Sequence record: NC_062581.1
Strand: one strand, 5' to 3'
Length of the DNA stretch: 64,000 nt
Position 1 is the stretch's first letter; each line of letters starts with the position of its first letter. This document shows positions 8,503 to 17,343 of the stretch, piece after piece. The notes below the pieces were generated by a model, which did not search any database, was not told the origin of the DNA, and was given only the letters and a program-made list of their open reading frames with translations. A program made the position numbers and the translations under genes.

Positions 8503-10215
8503 ATGGCTAAGAAACGCCCAACGTTCCGCCCAGCTAATGAACCAATTCCAGCTACCCCAATTACTTCGGCTACCGCTGTAACTGCTGTACTAGAGAAGAC
8601 AGAAGAAACCCCTACTACCCAACTAGGGGCTAATGATGAATGGCTACGTCAAGCTTTAGCTGATGTAAATGTAGATATTCAGAAACGTGATTTCTTTGAA
8701 CAGTGGACTAATCAAGCTACTGACAATGGTCCATCAGAATCTAATAAAGCATTAACGTGGTTCATGAATGGCGACTTTGATCAGACTCATCGTTGGTTTG
8801 AAGCGTTGAATGATAAACCAGAAAGTTTGGTTTACGATATCTTTACCCCAGAAGAAACCCAAGGTGATTCGTTTGATTTTACTGATGTAACCATCGAAGC
8901 CGCAGTAAAGCAAATCATCGAAGAACATAAAAAGTTTTTGGTGTGGGAAGAAGAAAGTTATTTTCAAAAATCAGAATCTCAAGAAATGGAAGAAAGCATG
9001 AACGATTCACAACCGGAGCAGACTAATGACACAACTACAGGCGGGGGTGATGTTGACCTCTCAGTGGAACAAACCGCTAATAGCGGCGATTCTAGCGTGG
9101 AAACTTCGGAAGACGATTCCACAAGCGAAAGTCCTGCATTTAACTACGCTGGTTTCCGAGAAACCTATGAGCTACCTGACACCTGGACCGATGACAACAT
9201 TGACCAGTGGATCGCTGTAGGCGCAAACGTAGACACATTCAAAACCGCCGCGGGTAATTTCATCATTGACCCTACTCGTAAAGATCGTCCAATTGCTACC
9301 TGGACTCTAAGTGAAATCCTAGATGGGTTTGCAGGTAATCTGGATAACATTGGTGAATCACAATACGCTGACTTGGCTAAAGCTTATCGTCAATTGGAAG
9401 CAGTAGATGCGGCTTGGTCTATTCGTGATCTGATTGATTATCTGACACAAGGTCTGTTGCCACCAAAGACTTCTAATGGTGCATGGCGTAATGACGTTAC
9501 TCGTGCTCGTCGTCCTGCTACTGATTGGACTACACAAGAACTCATTGCTTGGGCGCTCGGTGAATTGCGTGCAGTAGGTGAAGCAACTGACGTTAAGATT
9601 GCAATTGAACTAAACCAACGTTTGGGTTTGTGTTCTCAATCTAATAAGCCAGAAGACGTAATCCGAGCTTATCGTAAAACGCAGAACACTGCTTCCACCA
9701 CACTGGTAGGTGAACAACCTACAGCTACAACTCCAGAACCCACAGTAGCAGAAACCACAGCTGCTCCAGTAACTACAATCCCACAAGGGCTGACCGCAAT
9801 GAATGTCGGATACTTGAAAACCCAGACTGAACGCTATCTGAAAGCGTGTGCTCCTGGTACACCAATCACTCCTGAGATCGGTGCTAAAGAACAAAAGGAA
9901 TTGGATAACCTTTTCCGCTATATCCTGAAACTTGAAGACCCTCAAGGTTTTGGTGCAGCAATGACTTACTTCCGTGACTTCTATGCGAAGAATCGTGATG
10001 GTTTGTTTGAACCTACTTACGCCACTCGTTTCACGGGTACATTGCGTACTGATGGTGATCTGCAAGAAACCCACGTTAACCTGCTGTCGATTTTCCATGT
10101 CTACACTGACCCGGATAAAGCTGCACGTAAACAAATGGATCTGCCTTACCTGTTGCGTAAATTCCCAGCTGCACGTCAAGCTTGGCTGTTGGAATTCTTT
10201 CAGCGTTACTGCTAA
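8503..10215 (+). CDS. Conserved hypothetical protein with low-complexity linkers and W-[TS]-x-x-[ED]-[LI] repeats
   Basis: GAGGA SD before MAKKRP; acidic and Thr/Pro-rich linkers. Confidence 0.75.
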   Translation: MAKKRPTFRPANEPIPATPITSATAVTAVLEKTEETPTTQLGANDEWLRQALADVNVDIQKRDFFEQWTNQATDNGPSESNKALTWFMNGDFDQTHRWFEALNDKPESLVYDIFTPEETQGDSFDFTDVTIEAAVKQIIEEHKKFLVWEEESYFQKSESQEMEESMNDSQPEQTNDTTTGGGDVDLSVEQTANSGDSSVETSEDDSTSESPAFNYAGFRETYELPDTWTDDNIDQWIAVGANVDTFKTAAGNFIIDPTRKDRPIATWTLSEILDGFAGNLDNIGESQYADLAKAYRQLEAVDAAWSIRDLIDYLTQGLLPPKTSNGAWRNDVTRARRPATDWTTQELIAWALGELRAVGEATDVKIAIELNQRLGLCSQSNKPEDVIRAYRKTQNTASTTLVGEQPTATTPEPTVAETTAAPVTTIPQGLTAMNVGYLKTQTERYLKACAPGTPITPEIGAKEQKELDNLFRYILKLEDPQGFGAAMTYFRDFYAKNRDGLFEPTYATRFTGTLRTDGDLQETHVNLLSIFHVYTDPDKAARKQMDLPYLLRKFPAARQAWLLEFFQRYC

Positions 10216-10216
10216 T

Positions 10217-10263
10217 CATACGGCCTTCCCTAGTGGAAGGCTTTATGCCGCATCTTATGACTT
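10217..10263 (+). promoter_or_regulatory. Hairpin plus TATG late-promoter-like module
   Basis: GCCTTCC-CTAGT-GGAAGGC-TTTATGCCG-CATCTTATGACTT; near copy at 35725-35774. Confidence 0.6.
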
Positions 10264-10285
10264 AAATAAATCTCCCGGAGAGATC

Positions 10286-10984
10286 ATGTTCGAATTATTA
10301 CTCACTCCTAACGAGACGCCCATTAACATTACACCGCAGTTGATGATTGATCCATCTAATCAAGCAACCGGGGCAACGGCGCTTGTGGATCTATCTGGAC
10401 GGAATGTAACCATTAGCAATCCTAACAGTTTAGCAGTAGCTGACGTTGGTCCTAAAGCCGGTGTTAAATCTATTTACTTCCCTGGCACAGGTATTACTTA
10501 CTTAAGAATGCCTTACGCACAAATGCCAAACTTGTTAGATAAAGATTACACCATTGAATTTTGGTATCGTCCAGAAACGCTTAAAACTGGATCAGTCGCT
10601 ACAGTAAGCCAATGGCGACAGACTGTTAACCAAGGCGGGATTATTCTTCAACCACTTAATACGGGTGTTTGGAACTGGAGCTTTGGCCCAGCCAGTGAGA
10701 ATGCTGCTTTAGCAAGCGCCCAGGGTAAAGGCGTAGGTGTGTGGTCACACATTGCGATTACTCGACAAGGTAATACTCACCGGATTTGGATCGATGGGGT
10801 GATGGTGGCTTCTGTTAATAACGTAGCGACTCGTGCACAGCTATTAGTAGACTGGACCATTGGTGCGTATATGGGCAGCGGTGGTAATCCACCTCAAGCA
10901 AGTGCTGGTATTCTGAATGGATGGATGGCTAAAATCCATGTGTATCAGGGTTGTAAATACCGCGGTAATTTCACACCAGAATAG
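10286..10984 (+). CDS. Concanavalin A-like (LamG-type) domain protein, probably virion-associated
   Basis: GGAG SD before MFELLL; DYTIEFWYRP, WSHIAITRQGNTHRIWIDG and final GWMAKIHVY motifs typical of LamG folds. Confidence 0.75.
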   Translation: MFELLLTPNETPINITPQLMIDPSNQATGATALVDLSGRNVTISNPNSLAVADVGPKAGVKSIYFPGTGITYLRMPYAQMPNLLDKDYTIEFWYRPETLKTGSVATVSQWRQTVNQGGIILQPLNTGVWNWSFGPASENAALASAQGKGVGVWSHIAITRQGNTHRIWIDGVMVASVNNVATRAQLLVDWTIGAYMGSGGNPPQASAGILNGWMAKIHVYQGCKYRGNFTPE

Positions 10985-10993
10985 GTTAACATC

Positions 10994-11599
10994 ATGTTAG
11001 AATCATTGTTATTAAGGTCAGGCTCCCAAGAAGAAGCAACTGGTGTTTATCGAGGTGAAGTTACATCAGCTAATTTTATATCTGGTGCCGACCTAGCTTC
11101 TGCCATTGGCCTTACTGAAGGTGTAATGCTCAATGCCGGTACAACCTGGTTAAAATTTGTAGATAATGGAAAAACTTTTTATATTCCTAAAATGCCTATT
11201 CGGAATACTTTAAAGTGGACAACGTTAGATGGATTGGGTGCAGTAAGAGGTACCGCTCAAGTTACCATTGGAAATAAGACTTACAAAGTTCGCCTTATGA
11301 CTGGTGCAACAACTGACCCTGGTCAAACAGTAGGTGCTGAGTACAGAAACTATTTCCTACGGTGTACTGAAGTATACACCCCAGCACAAGACCGATATGC
11401 TAATTTTACAATTGCAAACGTAGGTTGGCTTGCTCCTGGTAACGCCGGTGGTGGTATGACACTTGTCCAAGAAAAACACAGTGGTGGCACTAATCGGTAT
11501 TGTGCAATTGGATACCAAACATTAGATAGCATGTGGTATCAAAACTCTACAGCTACTAACGTTGGCTATGGTTGGCGTCCATTGTTAGAAGAAATATAA
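10994..11599 (+). CDS. Putative virion structural protein of a phiKZ-like paralogue family
   Basis: GEVTSANFISGADLASAIGLTEG, WLKFVDNGK.FYIPKMPIR, GWRPLLEEI pattern recalled from jumbo phage virion proteins. Confidence 0.6.
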   Translation: MLESLLLRSGSQEEATGVYRGEVTSANFISGADLASAIGLTEGVMLNAGTTWLKFVDNGKTFYIPKMPIRNTLKWTTLDGLGAVRGTAQVTIGNKTYKVRLMTGATTDPGQTVGAEYRNYFLRCTEVYTPAQDRYANFTIANVGWLAPGNAGGGMTLVQEKHSGGTNRYCAIGYQTLDSMWYQNSTATNVGYGWRPLLEEI

Positions 11600-11640
11600 C
11601 GGCATAAAGCCTTCCCGTTGGGGAAGGCTAATATGTTCTT
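11600..11640. terminator. Bidirectional hairpin, conserved-flank family
   Basis: CGGCATAAAGCCTTCCC-GTTG-GGGAAGGC between convergent genes. Confidence 0.8.
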
Positions 11641-12038
11641 TCATTTAGTAATTCACACAACGCACGTGCTTGAGATATGTCAGTGTTAGCAAACCTATCA
11701 GACAATGTGTAATCCATTAATGCACAAGCTTCTGAAAGCTCACGCATGAGGTCTGGGTTTAGATCCGCCCAGATGACCCATAGCTTCTTGTATTCACCCC
11801 AGGTATCAATAGATCGATCTACAGGGGGCTTTCCTTTACCCAGCTTCCAGTCGGAAGAGCCGGGAGCTATACCTTTTACATCACATTGGTAATGAGCTTC
11901 GATGGTGCGTCCATCAGGCATGAGAGCGAACATCGCAGAGAAACGTTTATCTCCTTGCGATGAACACTCATATCCATCATACCGCTTCCACTGATACAAT
12001 CTTCTTTTCAACAGGTACCGAAGCAGCAATGGCTTCAT
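11628..12038 (-). CDS. Hypothetical protein, remote NADAR/YbiA-like
   Basis: FSAMFA..DGRTIEAHYQ..VKG and NPDL..L...LSD..SQARAL.ELL echo the NADAR layout; start uncertain, overlaps the PolB gene end. Confidence 0.5.
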   Translation of the reverse strand: MKPLLLRYLLKRRLYQWKRYDGYECSSQGDKRFSAMFALMPDGRTIEAHYQCDVKGIAPGSSDWKLGKGKPPVDRSIDTWGEYKKLWVIWADLNPDLMRELSEACALMDYTLSDRFANTDISQARALCELLNERTY

Positions 12039-13932
12039 CCAAAGTAGGTTCAGCCATGCCGATGTGTTCCATGAATGCCAACAGCAATGTATCCATACGT
12101 GGAGCGTTCATGATTTTTTGTGTAATCTCAATAGCATTAACACGCCCTGCTGTTAAGTTAACACCTGCTTCACGTCGCCACAGTTCCGACACCCCTTGAA
12201 TTGCAGAGAACTCCATTACCGTAGTTTCACGAGCAATGTTTAGAATCTGCGATACGTTTGGATAAGTCGATACAATGTCCAAGTCAGCGACGTGAACATA
12301 AATCAGCGTGTGATAGTTAGGTAGGTCTTTAACACACTTGATACCATGTTGTCCCGCCATGTACGACGGTAACGTGATAATCCAATCCCGGTGAGATACA
12401 ACATACTGATCGAGTTCATGAACCATCTGATCAGAACTAGAACCAATTACCTGACCACGCTTCAAATACCAGAAGTGCATGTCATCAACCAACCGTTTTG
12501 GGTTGGATGCAAAGTTCTTATAATCCGAAGATTTAGAGAACAATGTAATTGATCGACTAAGGTCATTAATCTTTTCGTCCAGTTGTTCTAGACGCATGCT
12601 GTCAATAATGTTGTAAAGACCGTATTTGATCTTGTGCTTGGTTTGCATCTCACGGTGCCATTCGATACCGTTGAGGTTAGCTACTGCTTCAAAGTCCAAC
12701 TTACCAAAGTCAACTTTAAGACCAACCGTGTCACCGATCTGCGCTGCATCTAAACAGTGAACAGGTTGTTCATTAATAAACCAGTGCGGAAATGAACCCG
12801 GTGTTTCATTAAGTTTCTTTTCGCACTTCTTTAAGAAAGCTAACAGATCGCCATCATCCTTAAGTTCAGTTTCTTCATTAACACTTAGCTCTTTACCCAA
12901 GATGTAGTTTAGAGCATAAGAAGGTTCTTTACCCTTAGCCAAACGCGTTACACGATACGTTGACATTGAGTCGATACATTGGAACGTAGCAGGTGCTGTA
13001 ATCCAGTGCCATTGATCTTGTGGACCTCTAGACTTCGATACACCCGAAGCCGTCGTCATCATTGCCTGGTCTTTCTTAAAATGGAAATGACGATAGTTTG
13101 CAGGTACAGATGCATCCGAAAATACATCTTTAGGATCAATACCGTAATCGTCCAAAGTTTTCAAGATTCGACTCATGTCGAACTCAATGTTCCAAAAAGC
13201 AAAGAAGTCAGGCTTCCATTCATGCAGTCGCTTGAAACATTGAATAACAATATCAGCTGGAGTTTTAACAACTTCAACTTCAATCTTGAGATTACGTCCA
13301 TGCATCAAAGCTTTAAGCTCTGGTAACGATTCCATCTCACGATAAGTCTCACCTACCGGATCTGCAATGTCATGTACCCAGTCTTTTAGATAAGCCAAAT
13401 AAACGTGTTCTTTATGTGTAACGGACATGCAGATGATCTGACCATCTTTATCAGATTCGTACACGTTTGTTTCAATGTCGCCACCTGCCACCGTGTTACG
13501 CGAAATCAAATTCGGTGAACGTTGCTGATAATCATTTTTCAAGCAGCAAGTGGAGCTTACATCAGAACCGTAAAGATATGGACTACGTGCTAAGTTACGC
13601 AGCCGTGGATTAGGACCTTGAGAATAGTCCCCTAATGTTTTTGCAATGCTACGTGCCAGATTGACTTGAGTTGATTTATACTTAGTCAGATTTTCTAGCA
13701 ACTCGTAGTCTTTCTTTTCGCTGTGGTTACGACGACCCTTTTGCGTAATGTAATAGGTACGTTCGTAATCAATCCACGGAACCAGACGGCTAAATGTCTT
13801 GCCGCCTTTTAAATGTACTACTTCTTTAACAAAGTGAGCATCATGCTGTTTGCCGAACTGATCCGGTACGTACGTGATGTGCTTTGCTTCACGCCCGATA
13901 ACGTCTTCCGGATTAAACTCAATCGTCGACAT
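11977..13932 (-). CDS. Family B DNA polymerase N-terminal part with 3'-5' exonuclease (phiKZ gp82-like)
   Basis: ExoI GDIET, ExoII WNIEFD, ExoIII YNIID, Pol motif A DLDIVSTYPN; no motif B or C. Confidence 0.85.
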   Translation of the reverse strand: MSTIEFNPEDVIGREAKHITYVPDQFGKQHDAHFVKEVVHLKGGKTFSRLVPWIDYERTYYITQKGRRNHSEKKDYELLENLTKYKSTQVNLARSIAKTLGDYSQGPNPRLRNLARSPYLYGSDVSSTCCLKNDYQQRSPNLISRNTVAGGDIETNVYESDKDGQIICMSVTHKEHVYLAYLKDWVHDIADPVGETYREMESLPELKALMHGRNLKIEVEVVKTPADIVIQCFKRLHEWKPDFFAFWNIEFDMSRILKTLDDYGIDPKDVFSDASVPANYRHFHFKKDQAMMTTASGVSKSRGPQDQWHWITAPATFQCIDSMSTYRVTRLAKGKEPSYALNYILGKELSVNEETELKDDGDLLAFLKKCEKKLNETPGSFPHWFINEQPVHCLDAAQIGDTVGLKVDFGKLDFEAVANLNGIEWHREMQTKHKIKYGLYNIIDSMRLEQLDEKINDLSRSITLFSKSSDYKNFASNPKRLVDDMHFWYLKRGQVIGSSSDQMVHELDQYVVSHRDWIITLPSYMAGQHGIKCVKDLPNYHTLIYVHVADLDIVSTYPNVSQILNIARETTVMEFSAIQGVSELWRREAGVNLTAGRVNAIEITQKIMNAPRMDTLLLAFMEHIGMAEPTLDEAIAASVPVEKKIVSVEAV

Positions 13933-14004
13933 TAGACACTCCTGAAATATGGGTTGAACACGTAGGATTAGGCAGGCAAGTATTTCCTCCAAAGCCTTAT
14001 CTTT

Positions 14005-15276
14005 ATGATTAATCAGCTAACCATGGGAAGCACACAGATGCTACAACAATTTACTATTTCTAACGAGCTCCTTTCCGTCGATGTATCGCGAGAGCTTGGT
14101 AAGTTAGTACAAGAACAAGTTGCAAAAATGCGTAAGTCGTATGAGCTTACAGGAGCCGTCAGTGGTGAGGCATTAAAAGGCCTTGGCGAAATTGTAAACA
14201 TGACTGGCTTGAACGTAGAATTCATTTCCACCCCTGGGCCTTACCCAGACGCGTGGATGATGACATTTGATTACATTGGTCACCAAGGAACTACGTGGTC
14301 TAAGTTTCGTACTACAGAAGCTATTGTATCTAAACAAGGATTGAAGTACGTTACCAAAGTTGATCTGAAGAAACTAAAAGTCAGTGGGCCAATGGTAGAC
14401 GAATTCAAATTTCGGTCAAACTGTTCTGGTGCTTTCTTTAACCCTGCTAATGGTTATACAGATCAAGAGATTACCGGTATCATTCTTCATGAATGTGGAC
14501 ATGCCTTCAACCTCTTCGTTACGCTTAGTGATTACATCTATCTCAACTACATGTTGACCGATGGTATTGATGTACTGATGGGTAACAAACGTAACGAATA
14601 CAATCTGGAAGTCCTTGACCACACTTGGATGGAAAAGAACATCGATAAAGATCTGCGTGAAGAGTACGCCAACAAGCGTAGCCCTGACCAATGTCGTCGT
14701 GCTATTCTTTCCACATGGAAGAAAGCTCCACGCCACTATCTTTTTGATAACCCAGGTTCAGCTCATAAACGAGAAGAACAAATTGCGGATCTGTTTGCTA
14801 GCCGTCTAGGATATGGTCGAGCAGTTATCACTGGTTTAGATCGGATGTATAAATCATTCGGTATGGACACTGACATGCGTGCATCGTGGATCGGTAACTT
14901 GGTTCGTATGGCCGTAGCTATTGCATTCCTTCCGTTTACCATTCTTTGGTTGATGACTGTATCCGGCACTAACGATTTTAACTTTGCTGGTCGTTACGAT
15001 AATCCTAAAGAACGTATTGTTAAAATGCGAATGGATTTGATTACACAACTGAAGAATATTAAAGACCGTTCTTTGGTGGGTGGTATCCAAGCTGACATCG
15101 ATGCGCTTGATGCATTACTGAAAGAATATCATGTGGGTAAGAACTTGTACGATTACATGGCTGAACTGGCATCGCCACAGCTGCGTCAAGAACGACGTTT
15201 GATCACCCATGAAGAAAACCTCGAATCCCTGCTCAACAACGATTTGTTTGTTGAAGCGTATCGTTACAAAGCCTAA
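14005..15276 (+). CDS. Virion head protein with HEXXH metallopeptidase motif (phiKZ gp84-like)
   Basis: ILHECGH, REEQIADLFASRLGYG, one hydrophobic segment, early SNE site; real start may be 14023 or 14038. Confidence 0.75.
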   Translation: MINQLTMGSTQMLQQFTISNELLSVDVSRELGKLVQEQVAKMRKSYELTGAVSGEALKGLGEIVNMTGLNVEFISTPGPYPDAWMMTFDYIGHQGTTWSKFRTTEAIVSKQGLKYVTKVDLKKLKVSGPMVDEFKFRSNCSGAFFNPANGYTDQEITGIILHECGHAFNLFVTLSDYIYLNYMLTDGIDVLMGNKRNEYNLEVLDHTWMEKNIDKDLREEYANKRSPDQCRRAILSTWKKAPRHYLFDNPGSAHKREEQIADLFASRLGYGRAVITGLDRMYKSFGMDTDMRASWIGNLVRMAVAIAFLPFTILWLMTVSGTNDFNFAGRYDNPKERIVKMRMDLITQLKNIKDRSLVGGIQADIDALDALLKEYHVGKNLYDYMAELASPQLRQERRLITHEENLESLLNNDLFVEAYRYKA

Positions 15277-15287
15277 GGTAAAAGACA

Positions 15288-15728
15288 ATGAGAACTGGTT
15301 TCCTTATTGCTCGCATCATGAAAGATCTGAGCTCTCCTTCTAACAACGATCGTTTGGCTCGTGCCATGTTCGTTGCTAACGCTGTTGGTTTTCACGTACC
15401 ACTGATGTTAGACAAAACCCCTGCTGAATGTGCTGAAGCACACACAAAGTTTTTCCGTAGTATTTGTGGCTCGGTTAACGAGAACATTGCACTGGATACT
15501 AAGAAAGCACAAGACGTCTTCAATGACATCATTCGGATTCGTTATGAACTAGTTCAAGGTGTGATTGATCCTTCTCTGGTACAAGCTGCTTTGACTTCTA
15601 CCACGGCTCAAGATGGTCTTACTCGTTCTGAGTTCTCCATGGCCGAATGGTTAGCTTCGCGTCCAGACTTTATTCGTTGCCAGCTTGAAATTGCAGACGT
15701 ACTGAAGCAAACAGCTGCTGAGGAATAA
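15288..15728 (+). CDS. Hypothetical protein in structural operon
   Basis: TAAGG SD; tightly packed between structural genes. Confidence 0.7.
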   Translation: MRTGFLIARIMKDLSSPSNNDRLARAMFVANAVGFHVPLMLDKTPAECAEAHTKFFRSICGSVNENIALDTKKAQDVFNDIIRIRYELVQGVIDPSLVQAALTSTTAQDGLTRSEFSMAEWLASRPDFIRCQLEIADVLKQTAAEE

Positions 15729-15730
15729 AT

Positions 15731-16045
15731 ATGCCGGACTCGAACGGAATCCCTCGCATTACAAAAGCGCATGTTGAGGGGCTTATCGTTGATGAACATG
15801 TGCGCTGGATCAGTGAAACACGTACTACGATTTGTTCCGTCCGTTTGTGCAATGAGCAGACTATTACTGAATCTGCTACTTGTGGTGCCGACCAAACATT
15901 CGACCCTCTCCGGGGTCGTTCTGTTGCCCGTAAGAAAGTTCTAAATGAAATCATTAAATACGAACATTACTTACAGCGGCAACGTATCTACGAAGCCAAG
16001 AAGGAAAAAGAAAATGGATCAAATCGAGAATCCACTCCTGCCTGA
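15731..16045 (+). CDS. Phage Gp49/Sf6 gp66-family protein (candidate nucleotide sponge)
   Basis: TICSVRLCNEQTITESATC...FDPLRGRSVARKKVLNEIIKYEHYLQRQ fits the recalled T.C.L.L.NG..V.G.SAC..P..FD...G...AR......EGY.L pattern; GAGGA SD. Confidence 0.65.
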   Translation: MPDSNGIPRITKAHVEGLIVDEHVRWISETRTTICSVRLCNEQTITESATCGADQTFDPLRGRSVARKKVLNEIIKYEHYLQRQRIYEAKKEKENGSNRESTPA

Positions 16046-17303
16046 CCCGAACACTACTCCGCCAGACGTGGAAGTTTCGAATGATCTATTGGAAGATCCT
16101 GTTGATTACCCAATTGATAATCAGGCTGAACTAGTTACACTTATTGCAGAACCATCTCCACAGACTATCGACGTCATTGGTAGCACACTGCAATCGGAAT
16201 TAGAAATTGCAGTAGAAGCTATTAATGATCTACTGGATTTGCAAAGCACCATTAAAGCACATGGTGTTAGTTCACACGACATGGCTGGTTTAGTATCTAT
16301 CCAGAAACGTTTGATTGACAATAACCTATCCTTACCTAGTGCTGGCTTAGAAGACTTCCAAGGTTACTTTACCCCTGAGCGTTCTTTGTTGAACCAACAG
16401 GTCAGTTTGGAAAATATTGGTAAGTCTGCTCTGTTGGTAATTAAAGCTTGGATCAGTAAATTGATTGAACTGGTTATGGCTGGCTACCGTTGGGTTAAAG
16501 GCTTGAAACAAAAGCATGTTGTTCTGGATAGTCAGTTGGTCAAAGCCCGTGACATCTTAATTGAAGTTCGTAAGATCTACGTTAAGATGAAAGCATTGAA
16601 TGGCCCACTGGGTTCTGAAGCAGTCAAGACGACCAATGAACTTAGTGAAACAGCCTTGGTTACTTCATCGCTAGATCGTAACATGGTTACTCTGTACGGC
16701 TTCTCTCATGAAGGTGCTATTCGTTCAGTTAAGACTCTTTATGAATCTGCATTGCGTACTAGTTCTTGTGTTGCTGATCGAGTAACTGCTTTAGCCAGTG
16801 TGATCGATAATAAAGACACCCCTTCAGATGATGGCCTTAGCGCACTTAGTGATCTGGCTACACTAACCCAATCCATAGACGAACTATTGATTGTCTCCGA
16901 TGACGATGAATGGCTGTTGAAAGAACTGGGTAATGACTTCTGGGATGCTGTTGATAAATTCCGTAAAGTACAAGTCATTGATTTTGATAAGTTGGTTAAG
17001 TATTACGGTACTACTGCTGATGCATTAACCCGTATTCGTTCTGTCAAGATTGATGATCCACAACAAGCTGAACGTGCACAAGTAATCATTGATTCGATTA
17101 CTCAGGCTGTCGCCAATCTTAACCGACTGGTTGACTTCTTTAATGCTGCTGCCCGTTCACAAGTAAGTGCAGCTAAGACTTACCGTGAATACTACGCCAG
17201 CGCTATTGAAATTCTAATGTTGGATTTTAAATCACAAAATCCTTCAGCTGAATCGGCAAAAGAAATGAAAGCATTGGTTGCACAACTTCAAGCTTTGAAG
17301 TGA
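16014..17303 (+). CDS. Virion head protein, inner-head paralogue-like (phiKZ gp86-like)
   Basis: Acidic N-terminal region, AVE/GLE/SLE sites, then KAWISKLIELV amphipathic helix; start at MDQIEN. Confidence 0.75.
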   Translation: MDQIENPLLPDPNTTPPDVEVSNDLLEDPVDYPIDNQAELVTLIAEPSPQTIDVIGSTLQSELEIAVEAINDLLDLQSTIKAHGVSSHDMAGLVSIQKRLIDNNLSLPSAGLEDFQGYFTPERSLLNQQVSLENIGKSALLVIKAWISKLIELVMAGYRWVKGLKQKHVVLDSQLVKARDILIEVRKIYVKMKALNGPLGSEAVKTTNELSETALVTSSLDRNMVTLYGFSHEGAIRSVKTLYESALRTSSCVADRVTALASVIDNKDTPSDDGLSALSDLATLTQSIDELLIVSDDDEWLLKELGNDFWDAVDKFRKVQVIDFDKLVKYYGTTADALTRIRSVKIDDPQQAERAQVIIDSITQAVANLNRLVDFFNAAARSQVSAAKTYREYYASAIEILMLDFKSQNPSAESAKEMKALVAQLQALK

Positions 17304-17343
17304 CATAAACGCCTCTCCCTTAGGGAGAGGCAATATGCCGTTA
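17301..17343. repeat. Hairpin element, 43-bp copy also at 53876-53918
   Basis: TGACATAAACGCCTCTCCCTTAGGGAGAGGC(A/G)ATATGCCGTTA, one mismatch between copies. Confidence 0.9.

Noticed and set aside
9099-9112. 14-mer GGAAACTTCGGAAG shared with 34155-34168
   Set aside because: Both encode E-T-S-E in acidic low-complexity linkers; likely coincidence
9974-10285. N-terminal 104-aa extension of the LamG ORF
   Set aside because: Overlaps the upstream gene and crosses a hairpin; the SD supports a start at 10286
12700-12900. Apparent insertion in the PolB exonuclease region as an intein or intron
   Set aside because: Frame stays open; no intein terminal residues or homing endonuclease motifs seen
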